Positions 12,283 through 26,184 of a stretch of 64,000 bases of DNA are shown in pieces. Positions within the stretch are counted from its first letter, which is position 1, and each line of letters starts with the position of its first letter. A program made the translations under genes and the position numbers. The notes beneath the pieces were generated by a model. The model made no database searches, was not told the DNA's origin, and was given only the letters and a program-made list of their open reading frames with translations. Source of the stretch: the human T2T-CHM13v2.0 reference genome, Homo sapiens; assembly GCF_009914755.1 (NCBI RefSeq), contig NC_060931.1, one strand, 5' to 3'.

Positions 12283-15200
12283 CTATAAAAACAAAGTTAG
12301 AGAACATTACAACTCATGTTTTATCTTTTCTTCCTACATCTTTTCTAAAATTAGGATATTTAAAGTCCATAAGTTTTCAATAAATGAACCACTCCATAAA
12401 TTTGTAATAAAATAATTCACAAGAAGGCAATTTCACATTAATAGCTCTTTTTATTTTGGGCTTTGCTTTGTGTCAGATGCAGTGCTAAGCACTTTGGAAA
12501 CATTATCTTATTTACTCTTCAAACAGCCCTGTGAGATACGACCATTTCATAGACGAGGAAACCGAGATGCAGAAAAGCTAAGAGATCTCATAGGGTCTGG
12601 CAGAGAGGCAATCTGAACCTCTGCTTCCTGACCCTTCTGCTACGCTGATCTCCATAAGCAACTTATCCTGGTGTCTAAAACCCCCCAGCAGGAGGCTGTC
12701 AACAGCCTACTTGAGTGCCTTGTGCTTTGGCAGTGAAGAATGGCTGATTGTTGCTGTGCAAGCTAACACCTCATCTCTCAGTCACCTCCTCTTCCCCTGG
12801 TTGGAGATCTCCTGTCCTCTTTCAACCATTTTGAGAGCATCTAAGTGCATCTTCCAAGGGTACACACATTGCGAATATAAAGAGTTAGCTCATTACTACC
12901 AGTAATGATTGCTGTGAAACTCCAAAGAACACTGTGTTTGTCTATTTGTGGAGGGGTGGGAGAAGAGTAACCCTGGGCTGGGTGGGGAGGAGGAGGGTTT
13001 TCTCTCATCACTACTTCCCAGAGCTTTCAAACCCAACTGAATGTGCATGTCCTGGCCCTGCCAAATCCCTCCTGGGCCTGCTACCTGTACAGCCCTGAAG
13101 TAATCTGCTCAACAATTGGAAAGCTCTGTCTGCTGGCTGCTAAGAGTGCGTGTTGATGACTCAAGAGGAAAAGATGCTCTTCAGGTGGGTTTGGTTGCCA
13201 GGATGCCCTGCTACGGTGTATGTTTCTTAAAATATTGAAAGACTACTGTGCCAGTTGGTGAACAGCTGTGTCCCTAAGCCCCTGAGAGTCCTCCACTCTT
13301 GCTCTGACCACCCAGCCTCTTCCTTGGACTCTCCCAGGCCTCCTTGTGATCCGTCAACTATGGGGCCACTGTGATAGTCCCACCCAGTGGGCATCTGCAG
13401 GCTGTGCTCCAACTGCACCCAGTATCCATTCTGATTAGTTGGCAGTAGGCCAAAAGAGCTGATCCCAATCTTCACTTTTAAAACATGACATCTTTAATAC
13501 AAAAGCTGCTTAGAGAATGACCCCATTCAAAAACTGACCTCATTAAATGCACTTTTGGCCTTTTCTGGAAATTCTAGCAAACCCTAAAATTCTCCTATTG
13601 TATAAATTAAGATTCTCTGGCATAGTCAGTGTAACAGACACCAGATTTTCATGCAAACTATTCTTATGGTGACTTTGTGGCTACTTTTATCAGCAAAGAG
13701 CTCATTCCCCACATTTTAAAATGTGAAGGTGGTAGTCCTCTGCCTCAATCATGTGCCCCTGCTTCTCTGTCTCAGAAATAGTCCTTTGCATTCTCAGGCC
13801 CAGTTTAAAATCTTCAGAGCCTCGCACAGTCCTTGAGGCATAGTAGGTGCTCAGTAAACATGGAAATAAAAGCAAAAGAAAATAGTTACGATATTATGTT
13901 AAACGAGGAAAATAGGCTACCAGATTTTATGCACATAGGAAAAAACCTTGCAAAGGAATATGTTATAATAATGATGGGTGATAACTTTTTCCTTTTTGCC
14001 TTTTTCTGGTTTTCTAAATTTTAAACAATGAATACCAATTCAGTAATAAATGCTTTCAAAAAAGAGCTCAATCCATGTTGTCTTGTTTCTTGTTGAAGAA
14101 AATGATGTGCTCCGTGCACTGATATGCAAGTGAAGGCCCTGGGGATCTGGTGGTGAACCCCACGGTGAATGACATAGACATCCCTTCCCTCCCAGAGCTT
14201 TCTCCCTGGCAAGGGGACTGACCTCGAGCAAGTACAGTAAACAGAAATAAGATGAAGCAGAGAGAGGGCTGAATCCCTTTGAGAGAACCAATCTCATTTT
14301 AACCAAGCTCGGTTCTCTGGGGCTCAATGTTTGTTGGGAGGTAATGACAAGCTATGAAAACAGGATGTGGCAAGTGCTGCAGCAGAGGCTGTGCTGAGGC
14401 GGGATGGGTGGCTTGTGTGTCCTCCCGGGAGGTCTAGGGTGGGTTCATCTGGATGTGGCTGGGTTTCCGATATTGGTGCACATGGGGGTGGCAGCAGGAA
14501 GCCAGGGCCGGGGCTGCAGGGAAATGCACCAGCTTTTGCCAAGGAGGGGGAGTCGAAGCGTCCAAGAGTGGGAACAGAGTCCTGATCCCAGATGGACATC
14601 CAGACTCACCCATTTACTCAGCACCCACTTCCAAATTCCAGTCACAATAACTGCTAGGAAAATCTGGGTTTCTGCTGGAAATTGGGGATGGGTAGGACCC
14701 ACAAACTAGAAAATTAGAAGCATTTCTGCAAGATGCAGTTTGGGTAACATCAAATTGAAGCAAAGAGGGAGCAGTCAGGCCTTTAGCACTCTCAAAGGTG
14801 AAGGCTACATGGGGAGTGAGGGAAGGGACCCTAGGGTAGAATCCCACCAGCACCCTTGAGGCCGGGGCAACAGGGGCTTAGCCAGCACAGACAGAGTGGC
14901 TGTGTGTAGGGTGCAAGTTTAGGTGTAACAAAGATGTGGAGGCGTGCCCTTGGACCCAGGGTTGTCTGCAGCCTTTGTCTCGGCGGCACTCACCACTGCC
15001 CCTTGGCAGAGGCTGTCCCCATGTTTAGGGATGGCAATCTGGTGGTGATGGTGACAGAGTTGTCCTGCAGCTGCCTTTGCAGGTACTCTACCTAAGATTC
15101 AGAAAATGGCAATTGACTCTACCCAACAATAAAGTGAATAGTGGAGGGAAGCTCCAGAAGCCACCACTGGCTCCAACCCTGGGCATCACCCAAGGCTAGA

Positions 15201-16407
15201 GAAGGACCCCAGCCTGGCCGACTTGAAGCCGCTGCAATGAGGTAGAAAAGAGCCTGCAGGAAGCTCATGGCCTTGAGTAGGTGGGGAAAGGTGAGTAAGT
15301 CAGAGATTCCAGGCTCGGAATAGCTGTGCACAGGAGCCGAGGGGGCACAGGTGCAAAGGACAATGGTTTACATCACCCTCAGGGGTTGAGAAAGCTTCTT
15401 AGGGGACCTGCAGCTTGAGCTAAGCTCCTACTCAAATCCCTCTTCACCCCTAGAAAGTATACATCCTCCCTACTTTACAGCGCAGTCCACCCAGAGGTCA
15501 AGCACCTCACGTGATCACAAAGGTAGGGGCAGACTAGAGGGAGGTCTGCTCAGGAATCAGGCCCAGAGCTTTCAGTCTTCAAGACTCATGCATGGCTTTC
15601 TTGTTTACAGTGTGCCAGATCATAATAAAAATGGAGTTTCTGGCCTTCAAAACTGGCATCACAGGGATTCACCCGGGAACTGCCATTCTAGAAGCCCCCC
15701 CTCCTCAGCCCCCTTTGGATAATTTTCCAGTTGCAGCGCTGAAGTCTTGTTCCCCCAATGACTCTCAGAGCTCCTGGGCAGGGGCTTCGGGCTCTGGGCT
15801 GTAATTTTTGATTTCCCTTAACATCTTCAATAACATTGAGCCCAGGGCATGTAGGCAACAAGTGCCTGTTGACTTAAATTCACAAAATTATGAAAATGAG
15901 AAAGACTAAATAGAGACTAAGAAAGGGCTGTAATTTTCAGATATTTCCTTTGAAAGCTCGCTACAAGGGTTGCTTCCTCCTGAAGCCTTCTCAGCTTTCC
16001 TAGCTTTCGGGCCGAGCTTTCCTTTTCTGTTTCCTTTGCATTCTACATTATAACACACTCCCATGCATACATTTCGCATTCCCCCACTAAACCTCAAGCT
16101 CTAGGTAGGTGAGGACGGTAACAGTTGCCTTTATGCAACTCCCTGACCCCCTTCACTCCCTACGTTTGCACCTGCCATGCTACCTTAGAAGAAATAACAT
16201 TGACTGAACAGAGGAATGAGAAAATGTCTGAAAAATACAGCCCTTTCCCAGTCTCTGTTTAGTCCTTGATCATCAGAGCACACAGTAGTATATAGCCACG
16301 GTGGCTCACTAAAACACTTCTGTCTAGAATGATTTAAGCGTCTACCCAAATCAAAGCCAGCCCAAAGTCTTCAGACAAGAGGAGAGGCTTGGGGACTACT
16401 GACTGCT

Positions 16408-16942
16408 ATTATGGGTTGAATTTTGAATTGTCTCACCTAAATTCATATCTGAGATCATAACCCTGCAGAAGCTCAGAATGTGACCTTATTTGGAAAAAGA
16501 GTCATTGCAGGTGTAATTATTAGGTTGATGCAAAAGTAATTGCGGTTTTGCCATTAAAAGCAATAGCAAAAACCGCAATTACTTTTGCACCAACCTAATA
16601 GTTAAGCTGAGATAAGGTCATATTGGAGTAGGGTGGGCTGCTAATCCAGTATTATTAGTATCCTTATAAACAGAACACTGTGCAAAGGAAGAGAAAAAGA
16701 CACATAGAGGGAAGATGATGTGAAGATACAGGGAGAATGCTATCTACGAGAAATGTCAAAAATTCCCAGCAAACCACCAGAGCTAAGAGAAAAAGGCATA
16801 GAACAGATTTTCTCTCACAGCCATCAGAAGCTAACCCTACTGATTTCTTGACCTTGAACTTCAGCCTCCATAACTGTCAGACAATTGCTTTCTGTTGCTT
16901 AAGCAACCCAGTTGGTGGTCACAGCCCCCACAGACTCATACA
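16408..16942 (+). mobile_element. MaLR LTR (MLT1B-like) hosting a MADE1
   Basis: cagaatgtgaccttatttggaaaaagagtcattgcaggtgtaat..gttaag...ttctgttgcttaagcaacccagt. Confidence 0.8.
16520..16598. mobile_element. MADE1 (Hsmar1-derived mariner MITE)
   Basis: 79-bp palindrome ttaggttgatgcaaaagtaattgcggttttgcc...gcaaaaaccgcaattacttttgcaccaacctaa with TA TSDs. Confidence 0.95.
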
Positions 16943-17229
16943 ACTCTCGCTCTCCAGGGTGATTTTTGTTCTCGACCTTGAGCTAAGAGTAATTTGGATG
17001 ATGAAAGAGCAAGGGCCAAGTGCTCATCACCATCAGTATTTTGGGCAAAGTGGTACTGTTAGTATCTGTACTCTGCCAGGCGTAAGCCACATGGGAGCCC
17101 AAGGAAAAGAAAGAAAGTACTGTGGTCAGATTAAACCATTTGGATGTGAGCAAAACATCCGTCTTCAATAGAAACTCTTTAAATATTGGTCTCTATTGCT
17201 ATTTCCTATTTAAAATGATTTTGGACCAT

Positions 17230-17680
17230 AGAGTGTTTGTGGTTTCAAACCCTGGCTTCATTAGTTACTAGTTGTAGGACCTTGGGCAAGTTACTTAAGC
17301 ACTCTGAGCCTAGTTTCTTCATCTGTAAAGTGGAGATAATAGCGTTGTGAGGATTGACAAAGATTGTACTTAAAATAGTGTCTTGCATATTAGTAAGCAT
17401 GACATTAGTATTAACAATAATTGGTGTTTTTATTTTGGTTTGTAATGTCACCAGTAAACAACTGGAAAGAGTATAATAATTGCAACATCAGCCTACAGAA
17501 ATGTATGCTTTTTTTGAGGATCCTGAAAATCACCCTGAGAAGAAAGTATTACTGTTCCTGTTTTACAGATGAGAAAACTGAGGCTCAGAGAGATGACACA
17601 ATTTAACCCAGGCCAGTCTGCAAGCACAGCTGAGATTAGCACTCTAGTTTCTAGACTCTAGTGCCTTTCCCACCACTGAA
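17230..17680. mobile_element. Two MIR fragments in opposite orientation
   Basis: accttgggcaagttacttaag...catctgtaaagtgg (+) and ttttacagatgagaaaactgaggctcagag (-). Confidence 0.7.
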
Positions 17681-18017
17681 ACACTGTTTTCCAAGAATGA
17701 AGTAAGCCTGAAATTTTAACATAAGCAAGAAAATATGATTGATGAGGTTTCACCAGGCCTTGGGGAATGGCAAGTGTGGCTCCCATGGAGCGAGGATGGT
17801 TTAATGCAAAAGGTCAGATACCAAGGGGAGAGGACTGGCTCTAGGTGTCAAAAAGCCACGCACCTGGGTGGAAATTCATGCAACCCAGGCACAAGCATGG
17901 TGGCAGCTATATGAGTGGTAAGAAAGGAGAAAGAAGTATTCTTCCATTCAATCATTTTTTTGTGCAGTTGTTCATTCTATTCATTTATTTTACAAATACT
18001 TACTTAGTGTTTATGTT

Positions 18018-18401
18018 TGATATGGTTTGGGTTTGTGTCTCTGCCCGAATCTCATGTCGAATTGTAACCCACAATATTGGAGGACTGGCCTGGTGGGAGG
18101 TGATTGGATCATGGGGGTGGATTTCCCCCTTGCCCTTCTCATGATAGTGGGTGAGTTCTCATGAGATCTGGTTGTTTAAAAGGGTGTAGGACTCCCTTTG
18201 CTCTCTCTTCCTCCTGCTCTTGCCATATAAGAGGTTCCTGCCTCCCCTTTGCCTTCTGCCATGATTGTAAGTTTCCTGAGGCCTCCCCAGCCATGCTTCC
18301 TGGTACCGGCCTGCAGAATTATGAGCCAATTAAACTTCTTTTCTCTATAAATTACCTATTTCAAGTATCTCTTTATAGCAGTGCAAGAATGGACTAATAC
18401 A
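18018..18401 (+). mobile_element. MSTA-like MaLR solo LTR
   Basis: TGATATGGTTTGG...GACTAATACA with 5-bp TSD ATGTT. Confidence 0.9.
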
Positions 18402-19477
18402 ATGTTGTGCCATGAATTACATGCTGGGGAAATAGTAGGGAATGAGACATCAAGGCTGTTACAATGTAGGAGAGAAGATTGACAGTAAACACTGTAATTA
18501 GAAAACAGTTTAGAAAGTGTTAAGTAGTAGTTGCTATTCTCCCTCTTTTACAGATGTGGTAAACTGAGGCTTAGAGTAGGTAAATAACTCCCCCAAAGTC
18601 ACAGAGCCAATGAGTGGCACAGTCCAGATCCAATTCAGACCCACTTGGCACAAAGTCCATGATTTTTCACTCTGCGCTGGGAGATAGATGTTAAACGGTG
18701 TGCTTTTTTTTTTTAAGTTTAAAAAAGTTTGGGAAAACTGAGAATGAATTCCTACCTTAAGAAAGCCACACCATGCATTCGTGTATTCAAGGCTTTGGGC
18801 CGCTTTGTGGGAATAAATATTATTTAGATTGTGCATTTCCTAAACATTCAATGGTTTCAGCCTAAGTCCATTCAGCTATATTGACTACAGTGGTAAACAT
18901 ACGAAGACCGTAGCGAACAGAGGATCCTCAGGGACACAACAGAATGTCCTGAGACATTTTTAAGGTATGGTGAATTGCACAGGACACATTCAGTAACTGG
19001 GCTTTCTAAGGTTCTGTGATATTAAAGAATTGAATTCTGGTACACTTAGAAAGGAAAGAAAAATAGTGCTTTTAGGCATGAGTTTCTACAGTGAACAATT
19101 TTGAGTGATCAAGTTCTCTGTTATCAATTATAGCATCAGTAGATTTGAAAAGTACAAAATGTGCCTTTGTTCACTTCACACATTTGACAGCAGTGACAGA
19201 TTCTCACAAAGGAGAAAGCCCCTGGGAAGTAAAATGATGATTCCAAACGGGCGTTTTTTATTGTCAAAGAGCATGCATGAATGAGGGGGGAGGTGGGGGT
19301 GGGGGAGACTGCTCATCTACCCCAGATCTTTTCTAAAAGTTTATTAGGACAGGTTGTTCCTCACACCCAAATTCACTGGTATAAACTGATTTTTAAAATG
19401 GAGCAAGATTTGAAAGATGAGATCCTCCAGGGATTTTATTGCCCACTGGAGGAGGGAAGTGCATAAATAACTACAGC

Positions 19478-19824
19478 ATGAGGCAGTGTCTGTGCCCCCC
19501 ACCCCAACCAAATTCTTGGATTGAAACCTGAATCTCCCTATGATGGTTTTCAGAGGTGGGGCCTTTGGGTAGTGATTAGGTCATGAGGCTGGAGCCCTCA
19601 CAATGGGAGGAGTGCCCTTATGAGAAGAGGCTAGAGAGAGCCAGCTCTCTTTTCTCCACATGAGAACAAAGCGGTCTGCAGCCAAGAAGAGGTCCCTCGC
19701 CAGAACCTGACCCTGTTGGCACCGTGATATTGGACTTCCAACCTCCAGAACTGTGAAAATACATTTCTGTGGTTTGTAAGGCACACAGTCTAGGGTACTT
19801 TGTTAGAGCAGCCCTAACTAAGAC
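19478..19824 (+). mobile_element. MLT1A-like MaLR LTR
   Basis: gaggtggggcctttggg...gattaggtcatgagg...ttggacttccaacctccagaactgtg...aactaagaca. Confidence 0.8.
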
Positions 19825-20927
19825 AGGCAGATCAGAAAGAGCCAACAGAGAGGTACAGAAAAGGGCTTCAAGGCAATTTCTATTCAGTAGGAAGACAAAG
19901 GCAAGAAGTTCTACTGCTTACGGGTTTTTATCAAATAGTGGCATGTCTAGCCTTTGAGTGAAATTTGCAGGTCTGTTACTAAATCTGCATTCTGCTGTAT
20001 CCTACAGTGGCAATTTTCCAATACTCAAGATTTAGCTCTATCAAAGCCTAATTTGGTTTTTAGGTTCTGACACGTTCCAGCTCCAATGGGCATTTATGAC
20101 TTTAAATTATATGCAAAAAATGAAGTCTGTTCACTTCATTTTCTTCTTCCAGGGATGAAAAAAAAAAGGGTAAAAGTAAAAGAAAAAAGCCATTACTTTT
20201 AAATGCATCCCCTTTTATCACTGAATGCCTCTTCTTCATACATATTTTACCCTTAGCTAAATTTTCTTCTTTCCTGCTTCTAGGCTAATTTTGCATTGTA
20301 TAGCTATTAGTATCATCAGAGTATTTAATCACACTCTTGCTATCGCTTCCTATTCTCCAGGCAATACCTTTCTTAAAAAAAGCGTTATTTTAAACAGCAT
20401 TATTCCCACCAACTCCTTTTCCTGACATTATTATTCATTGATTTTACCACCACCATCACATACCACTCTGCTATAGAGTTCTTAAAGTTCACACCATAGA
20501 GGTTCTTCTATGCTTCAAGTTCTATACCAAACATCGTATAGAGTTTATCTCTAAATTTTGTACTAACTTTGCAAAATAGGAAATAACAGTTCTTAACTCT
20601 ACTTTGTAAATGAGAAATCCAAGACCCGGTGCTGAGTGAATTTTTCTAGGCTTCACAACTAATACCATTGTTCCATTTTGACTGTTTCTTCCCTAGTATC
20701 TGGGCTCATAAACAAGCTCTCCAGTACTAGGCTCTGTGGTCTATTCTTATTTATAGTATGTTGTCTTATTCTTTACACAAATAATTTCTGGCAAATTTTG
20801 GGTTAATCAGATGGTGGGTATGGTTCAGTCATAAGGGTCTTTTGTTACATAGTCTTTTACTTTTTTTCTATTTGCTTTCAGGTTGTGTGATCAGTCTTAC
20901 TCTATGTTACACAACAAATCAATTATT

Positions 20928-21368
20928 TGTATTAGTTTCCTATTGCTGCTGTAACTAATGACCGTAAACGTAGTGGCTGAAAACAACACGAATATTCTTT
21001 CACAGTTCTGGAAGTCAGAAATTCAGGGCTAAAATCAAGGTGTCTGCAGGGTTGGTTCCTTTTGTAGGTTCCCAGGGAGAACCCATTCCTTGCCTCTTCT
21101 AGTTTTTAGTGGTGATGGCCTCATGGCTCTGAACACTGCCTCTGTTGTCACATTTTTTTTCTCTCGCTCTGATCCTAATGCTTGCCTCTTGTAAGGATTC
21201 TTGTGATCACATCAGGCTTACCCAGATAATCCAGGACAATCTCCCCATCTAAAATCCTTAACTACATTACACCCTCAAAATTCCTTTTGCTGTCCAAGGT
21301 AACAGACACAGTTACGAGGGACTTGGATATGAACTTGGAGGGTGGAGGGAGATTATTCTGTCTATCAT
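20928..21368 (-). mobile_element. MLT1D/C-like MaLR LTR
   Basis: tgtattagtttcctattgctgctgtaac...cagataatccaggacaatctccccatc. Confidence 0.8.
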
Positions 21369-21371
21369 ATT

Positions 21372-21700
21372 TCTCATTCAACAAATAGTTGTTGAGTAAT
21401 TAATGCATGTAGTGAACTATGTTCAGCTCTGAGGAAATTTCAGGGACTAGCACTATGTTTGAGGAATAAAACAGCCAGACTGTCTCTGCTTTCATGGAGG
21501 TTACACCCTAACAGAAGATGCAGACATTAAATATTAATTTTACAATTATCGAATTACAATTGTAATAAGTGCTGGAAAAATGGAGTGTGAAGAACGGAGA
21601 TGAATCATGGAAGAACTGGCTTAACTTGGGGCATCAGGGAAAACTTCTTAGAGGGAATGACTTTGAGCTGAGCTCTAATGGGGGTGATTAATTAAGTGAA
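21372..21700 (-). mobile_element. L2 fragment
   Basis: cattcaacaaatagttgttgag...tttcatggaggttacacc. Confidence 0.55.
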
Positions 21701-22128
21701 GATGAGGGCCAAGAGTGGATGCTGGGAGAGCAGTGATTAAAGCCTTAAAACTCAAAGGATCTTTTAGAACCATTCCCAGTCATTAGCGTCATTAGCGATT
21801 CTTGAGCTGAGGGAATTAATAAGCATGTTCTCAAGAGAGATAGTTGTTGTTTTCTGAATTTCTCAAAAGCAGACAAGAAAAATGTTCATATCTCAAATAT
21901 CATAGAAATACCTTCCTTGGAATAATTTGATTTCTTCCACTTATCGGAAGTCAATAGTAACTTAACATTTGCATTATTTTTGCTGTTCTTTGAAGAGTTT
22001 TAACACCTCTATGAGTTTAATAGCCCCCAAATCAGTCTTAATACAAGTTTAAGTAGACAAATTATACAAGATTCCAAATATGGGTGTTAACAAAAATACA
22101 GCTTTGAATCTCTGGCAAGATCATGTGA

Positions 22129-22529
<401 letters not shown>

Positions 22530-22649
22530 CTCTTAGAGTTTTAAGCCTTCAAATATGCAGAGAGCAACTTAATTTTGTAGTCTCTGATACTGAAAGCCTT
22601 TTCTGTTTCTGTGATAATTTCTTGCCTAATCACCATCAGAACTTTGTGA

Positions 22650-23300
22650 AGTCCAAATACATAGGAGGTGGATAAAATCTCATTTTAATTTTTCACTTTT
22701 TAAATTATAAGAAAGGATGAGCATTTTCTCCTAAATTTTCAGTCCTTTGATATTTTTCCCTAAACCATTTGTTTGTGGCCTTTGCTGACTTTTTTTTTCT
22801 TTTTGATTTTTTTAGGAGCTCTTTGATTCAAACAGAAAATAATTCATTGTGTGGCATATTACAAAACATTTACCCAGTATGCCATTTGTCTTTTGACTTT
22901 GTGAAGGGGGCAAGTTTTTACTAGTCAGATGTATTAGTATTTCCCTTTGTGACTTTTCAATCACAAATTACAAATACAATTGCTCAGGTTTTTTATGGTT
23001 CCTTTTTTTTTTTTTTAAGTGATTCAGTCTTTAATCATTTGGGATTTATTTTGCTATAAGGTATAGATAAACATCTAGCTTAAATTTTTTTCAAATGTCT
23101 AGTCTTTAGTCCACTGTATTTATTGAGTAATCCAGTGTTTTACCACTGATTTGAAATGCTATTTTAATCAAAAACAAGAATCTCAAATGCATTGGGATAT
23201 ATTTTGCTCCATTTTAAGCTGACTTTCTGTGTCTAGAAGGCCTTGTCATTTATCTCATTGTTCATAATTTCCTCAGATGTTTAAAGGGGAACTTTTAAAA
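22650..23300 (-). mobile_element. Old L1M fragment
   Basis: T-rich degenerate antisense ORF2/3' L1 sequence. Confidence 0.5.
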
Positions 23301-23755
23301 ACATTGTCAATTATACAACGTTACAACCAACAATTTGAATTTTGATTTTTTCTCTGTAAAGTTAAGATAATGGAATAACTTTATAATTGTGTGGGAGGAT
23401 TTTAGATGCTGTGTATATGCTAAGCACTTAGTCCAATTTCAAATCAGTTGTCGTTGCCTTTTATTCTATAGCCCCTAATGTGTACGTATACAATAGAAGC
23501 TTAGTAAAGCTTTGAGCTTCAAGTTCAGGTGGGCTGGCACCAGGATCTGTGCTCTTCGACATCGTGTTGAATTGCCTCTCACAGGTAGGACAGAAATTTG
23601 ATTGCTCTGGAAAGCTGGAGGGGAATGAGTGTTCTGTGAGGTTTGTTTCTATATTTATTTTATTAGAATGGGAGAGACTTGAGCGGGTTACTAGGCCTTC
23701 TCATTTTCTTCTTTGGGTGTAGATAACTTCATTGCACCTTTGTAATTAGTCAGCA

Positions 23756-24558
23756 TGAGAGACAGGACTAGCTGGATTTCCTAGGCCAACTAAGAATCCC
23801 TAAGCCTAGCTGGGAAGGTGACTGCATCCGCTTTTAAACATGGCGCTTGCAACTTAGCTCACACCCGACCAATCAGGTAGGAAAGAGAGCTTACTAAAAT
23901 GCTAACTAGGCAAAAACAGGAGGTAAAGAAATAGCCAATCATCTATCGCCTGAGAGCACAGCGGGAGGGATAATGATCGGGATGTAAACCCAGGCATTCT
24001 AGCCGGCAATGGATACCCTCTTTGGGTCCCCTCCCATTGTTTGGGAGCTCTGTTTTCACTCTATTAAATCTTGCAATTGCACTCTCTTCTGGTCTGTGTT
24101 TGTTACGACTTGAGCTGAGCTTTCACTTGCTGTCCACCACTGCTGTTTGCCGCCGTGGCAGACCTACCGCTAACTTCCATCTCTTCAGATCTGGCAGGGT
24201 GTCCGCTGTGCTCCTGATCCAGTGAGGCGCCCATTGCCGCTCTCCACTGGGCTAAAGACTCACCGTTGTTCCTGCATGGCTAAATGCCTGGATTCATCCT
24301 AATTGAGCTGAACACTAGTCACTGGGTTCCACGGTTCTCTTCTGTGACCCATGGTTTCTAATAGAGCTATAACACTCACTGCATGGCCCAAGATTCCATT
24401 CCTTGGAATCCGTGAGGCCAAGAACCCCAGGTCAGAGAACATGAGGCTTGCCACCATCTTGGAAGTGGCTTCTGCCATCTTGGAAGCGGCCCACCACCGT
24501 CTTGGAAGTGGCCCACCACCGTCTTGGGAGCTCTGGGAGCAAGGACCCCTTGGTAACA
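23756..24558 (+). mobile_element. Solo LTR17 (HERV-W LTR)
   Basis: TGAGAGACAGGACTAGCTGGATTTCCTAGG...GAGCAAGGACCCCTTGGTAACA; two CCAAT boxes; ATTAAA poly(A) signal; flanks AGCA/AGAA. Confidence 0.92.
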
Positions 24559-25099
24559 AGAACACTGTTTTGAGAAAATCCATAGAAAAAGAATGAATTC
24601 CAAATAGTTTGGGTCTAAAACTTCTAGTTCTCTCTGTCTTTCTAAGAGGCCTTATTCCTAGGGGGCTGGGGACTGGAAACCCAATAGCTGAGGTTAAGTT
24701 GATAAATCAATCAGAAAAGGGGTAGAAATCAAGGAATGGTTGGGGAAAAGGATGCAGTTAGAGGGCAAGTGGGGATGCATGGTTTTGGATGTGTGGGAGG
24801 TGAGAAGCAAGAGAAGGGACAGTGCTTTCAGACTTGTCAATGACAGCTTTCAGGCTTAGGCCAGCCTCCAGCACAACAGTTCTCACCCTTCAGTGCTCGT
24901 CAAAAGCGTTATGCAAATGCAGATGCTCAAACCCTACCCAGGAATACCAGAGCAGGCGCCCTGGGATGAACCCTATGTTTATTTCTGAAAACTGCTTCAC
25001 ATTCTCAGAGAAGCCGAATGCTTTGAACTCTCATATAGTCCACTGAGACCAGATACATCCTCACAAGGGAGAAGGTAAGGTATGTTCAGGACTGCCGTT

Positions 25100-25630
25100 C
25101 TCATCCTATTTTTTACTAAACAAATCTTACAGAGCACCTACTATGTGCCAGGTACTATGCCAGTCCAGGAATAAGATGGTGAGCAAGAAAGACATGGTCC
25201 TTGTGTTCAGACGGTATCAAAGAAATAAAGTGGTGTGAGAGAGCAGGAAAGGGGACCTTCTTCAGAGAGGTTGGTCAGGGAGGGTCTTCCTGGAGAGGGG
25301 GTACTTAAACCAGCAGGGGGACAAGGCGCTGGCCATGCAGGGAACTGGGAGTTCTAGGGAAAGGGCCCAGCACAAGGGGCTGACGCAGGCGAGGTGGAGT
25401 GTGCTGGGTGAACTCTACTCTACCCTGAAGGAGTCACCTCCACTCCTGTTCCCTCCAGGACCAGCTCAGCCCTCGTCTGCTGGGGTTTCTGTTCCTCCTT
25501 GCACCCTGTGTGACAGCACTTCTCTCTTCCTCACTGTTTGTCTATAGCCTCCTGCTAGAATATCCATTTACATTGCTATCGCATGCCATATGTGCTGGAA
25601 TACTGTTCTACTTAATTTATTCTACATAAA
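25100..25630. mobile_element. L2 fragments
   Basis: aacaaatcttacagagcacctactatgtgccagg... and ataaatatttgttggctga. Confidence 0.55.
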
Positions 25631-26184
25631 TATTTGTTGGCTGATAAAAAGAAAAACAATTATTCTGTAGAAAGTATGGGACTTCAGGAAAGTCTCTCAG
25701 TTCTCTAGGTATCAGTAGACTTATTTATAAAATGACAGAATCATATTTGTCCTACAGACTTGGGATAGTTAAAAAAAGATAACTTATTAGGGTACCCGGC
25801 TGTGGGGATGGTACATGGTAAGTGTTCAAGAAATGTTTGTTGAGGTATGACTAAGTAAGCGAACATCTCAGTGGTTTCATTGTTACTGAGAAAGTTGGGA
25901 TATTGTGCAAGATTCTTGAAAATTAAGCTGTTTATGATATTTTATGAAAACTAAAACTAAAGCTGCCTTTAATTCCCTCTGGCTCTGAGAAGTGACTATT
26001 CTGAATGTGCTCCAGAATCTATGCTAAACACAGGCAGTGCTGATGTGAAGAGCTGGAGGTCTAAAGTCCAGGGCCCTGGGTTGAGTTCAGATTCCACTCA
26101 CTACTTATGAGCTTTGAGTAAAGGCTTTAAGCCTCAACTGCAAAATATGTTTGATAATTTTACCTATAAAATAGAGTTTGACCT

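Noticed and set aside
14021-14853. Cluster of overlapping ORFs in GC-richer sequence
   Set aside because: No recognisable protein similarity or consistent splice structure; expected by chance.
24450-24530. Short direct-repeat array superficially like CRISPR
   Set aside because: Tandem units with no unique spacers inside the LTR17 U5; eukaryotic context.
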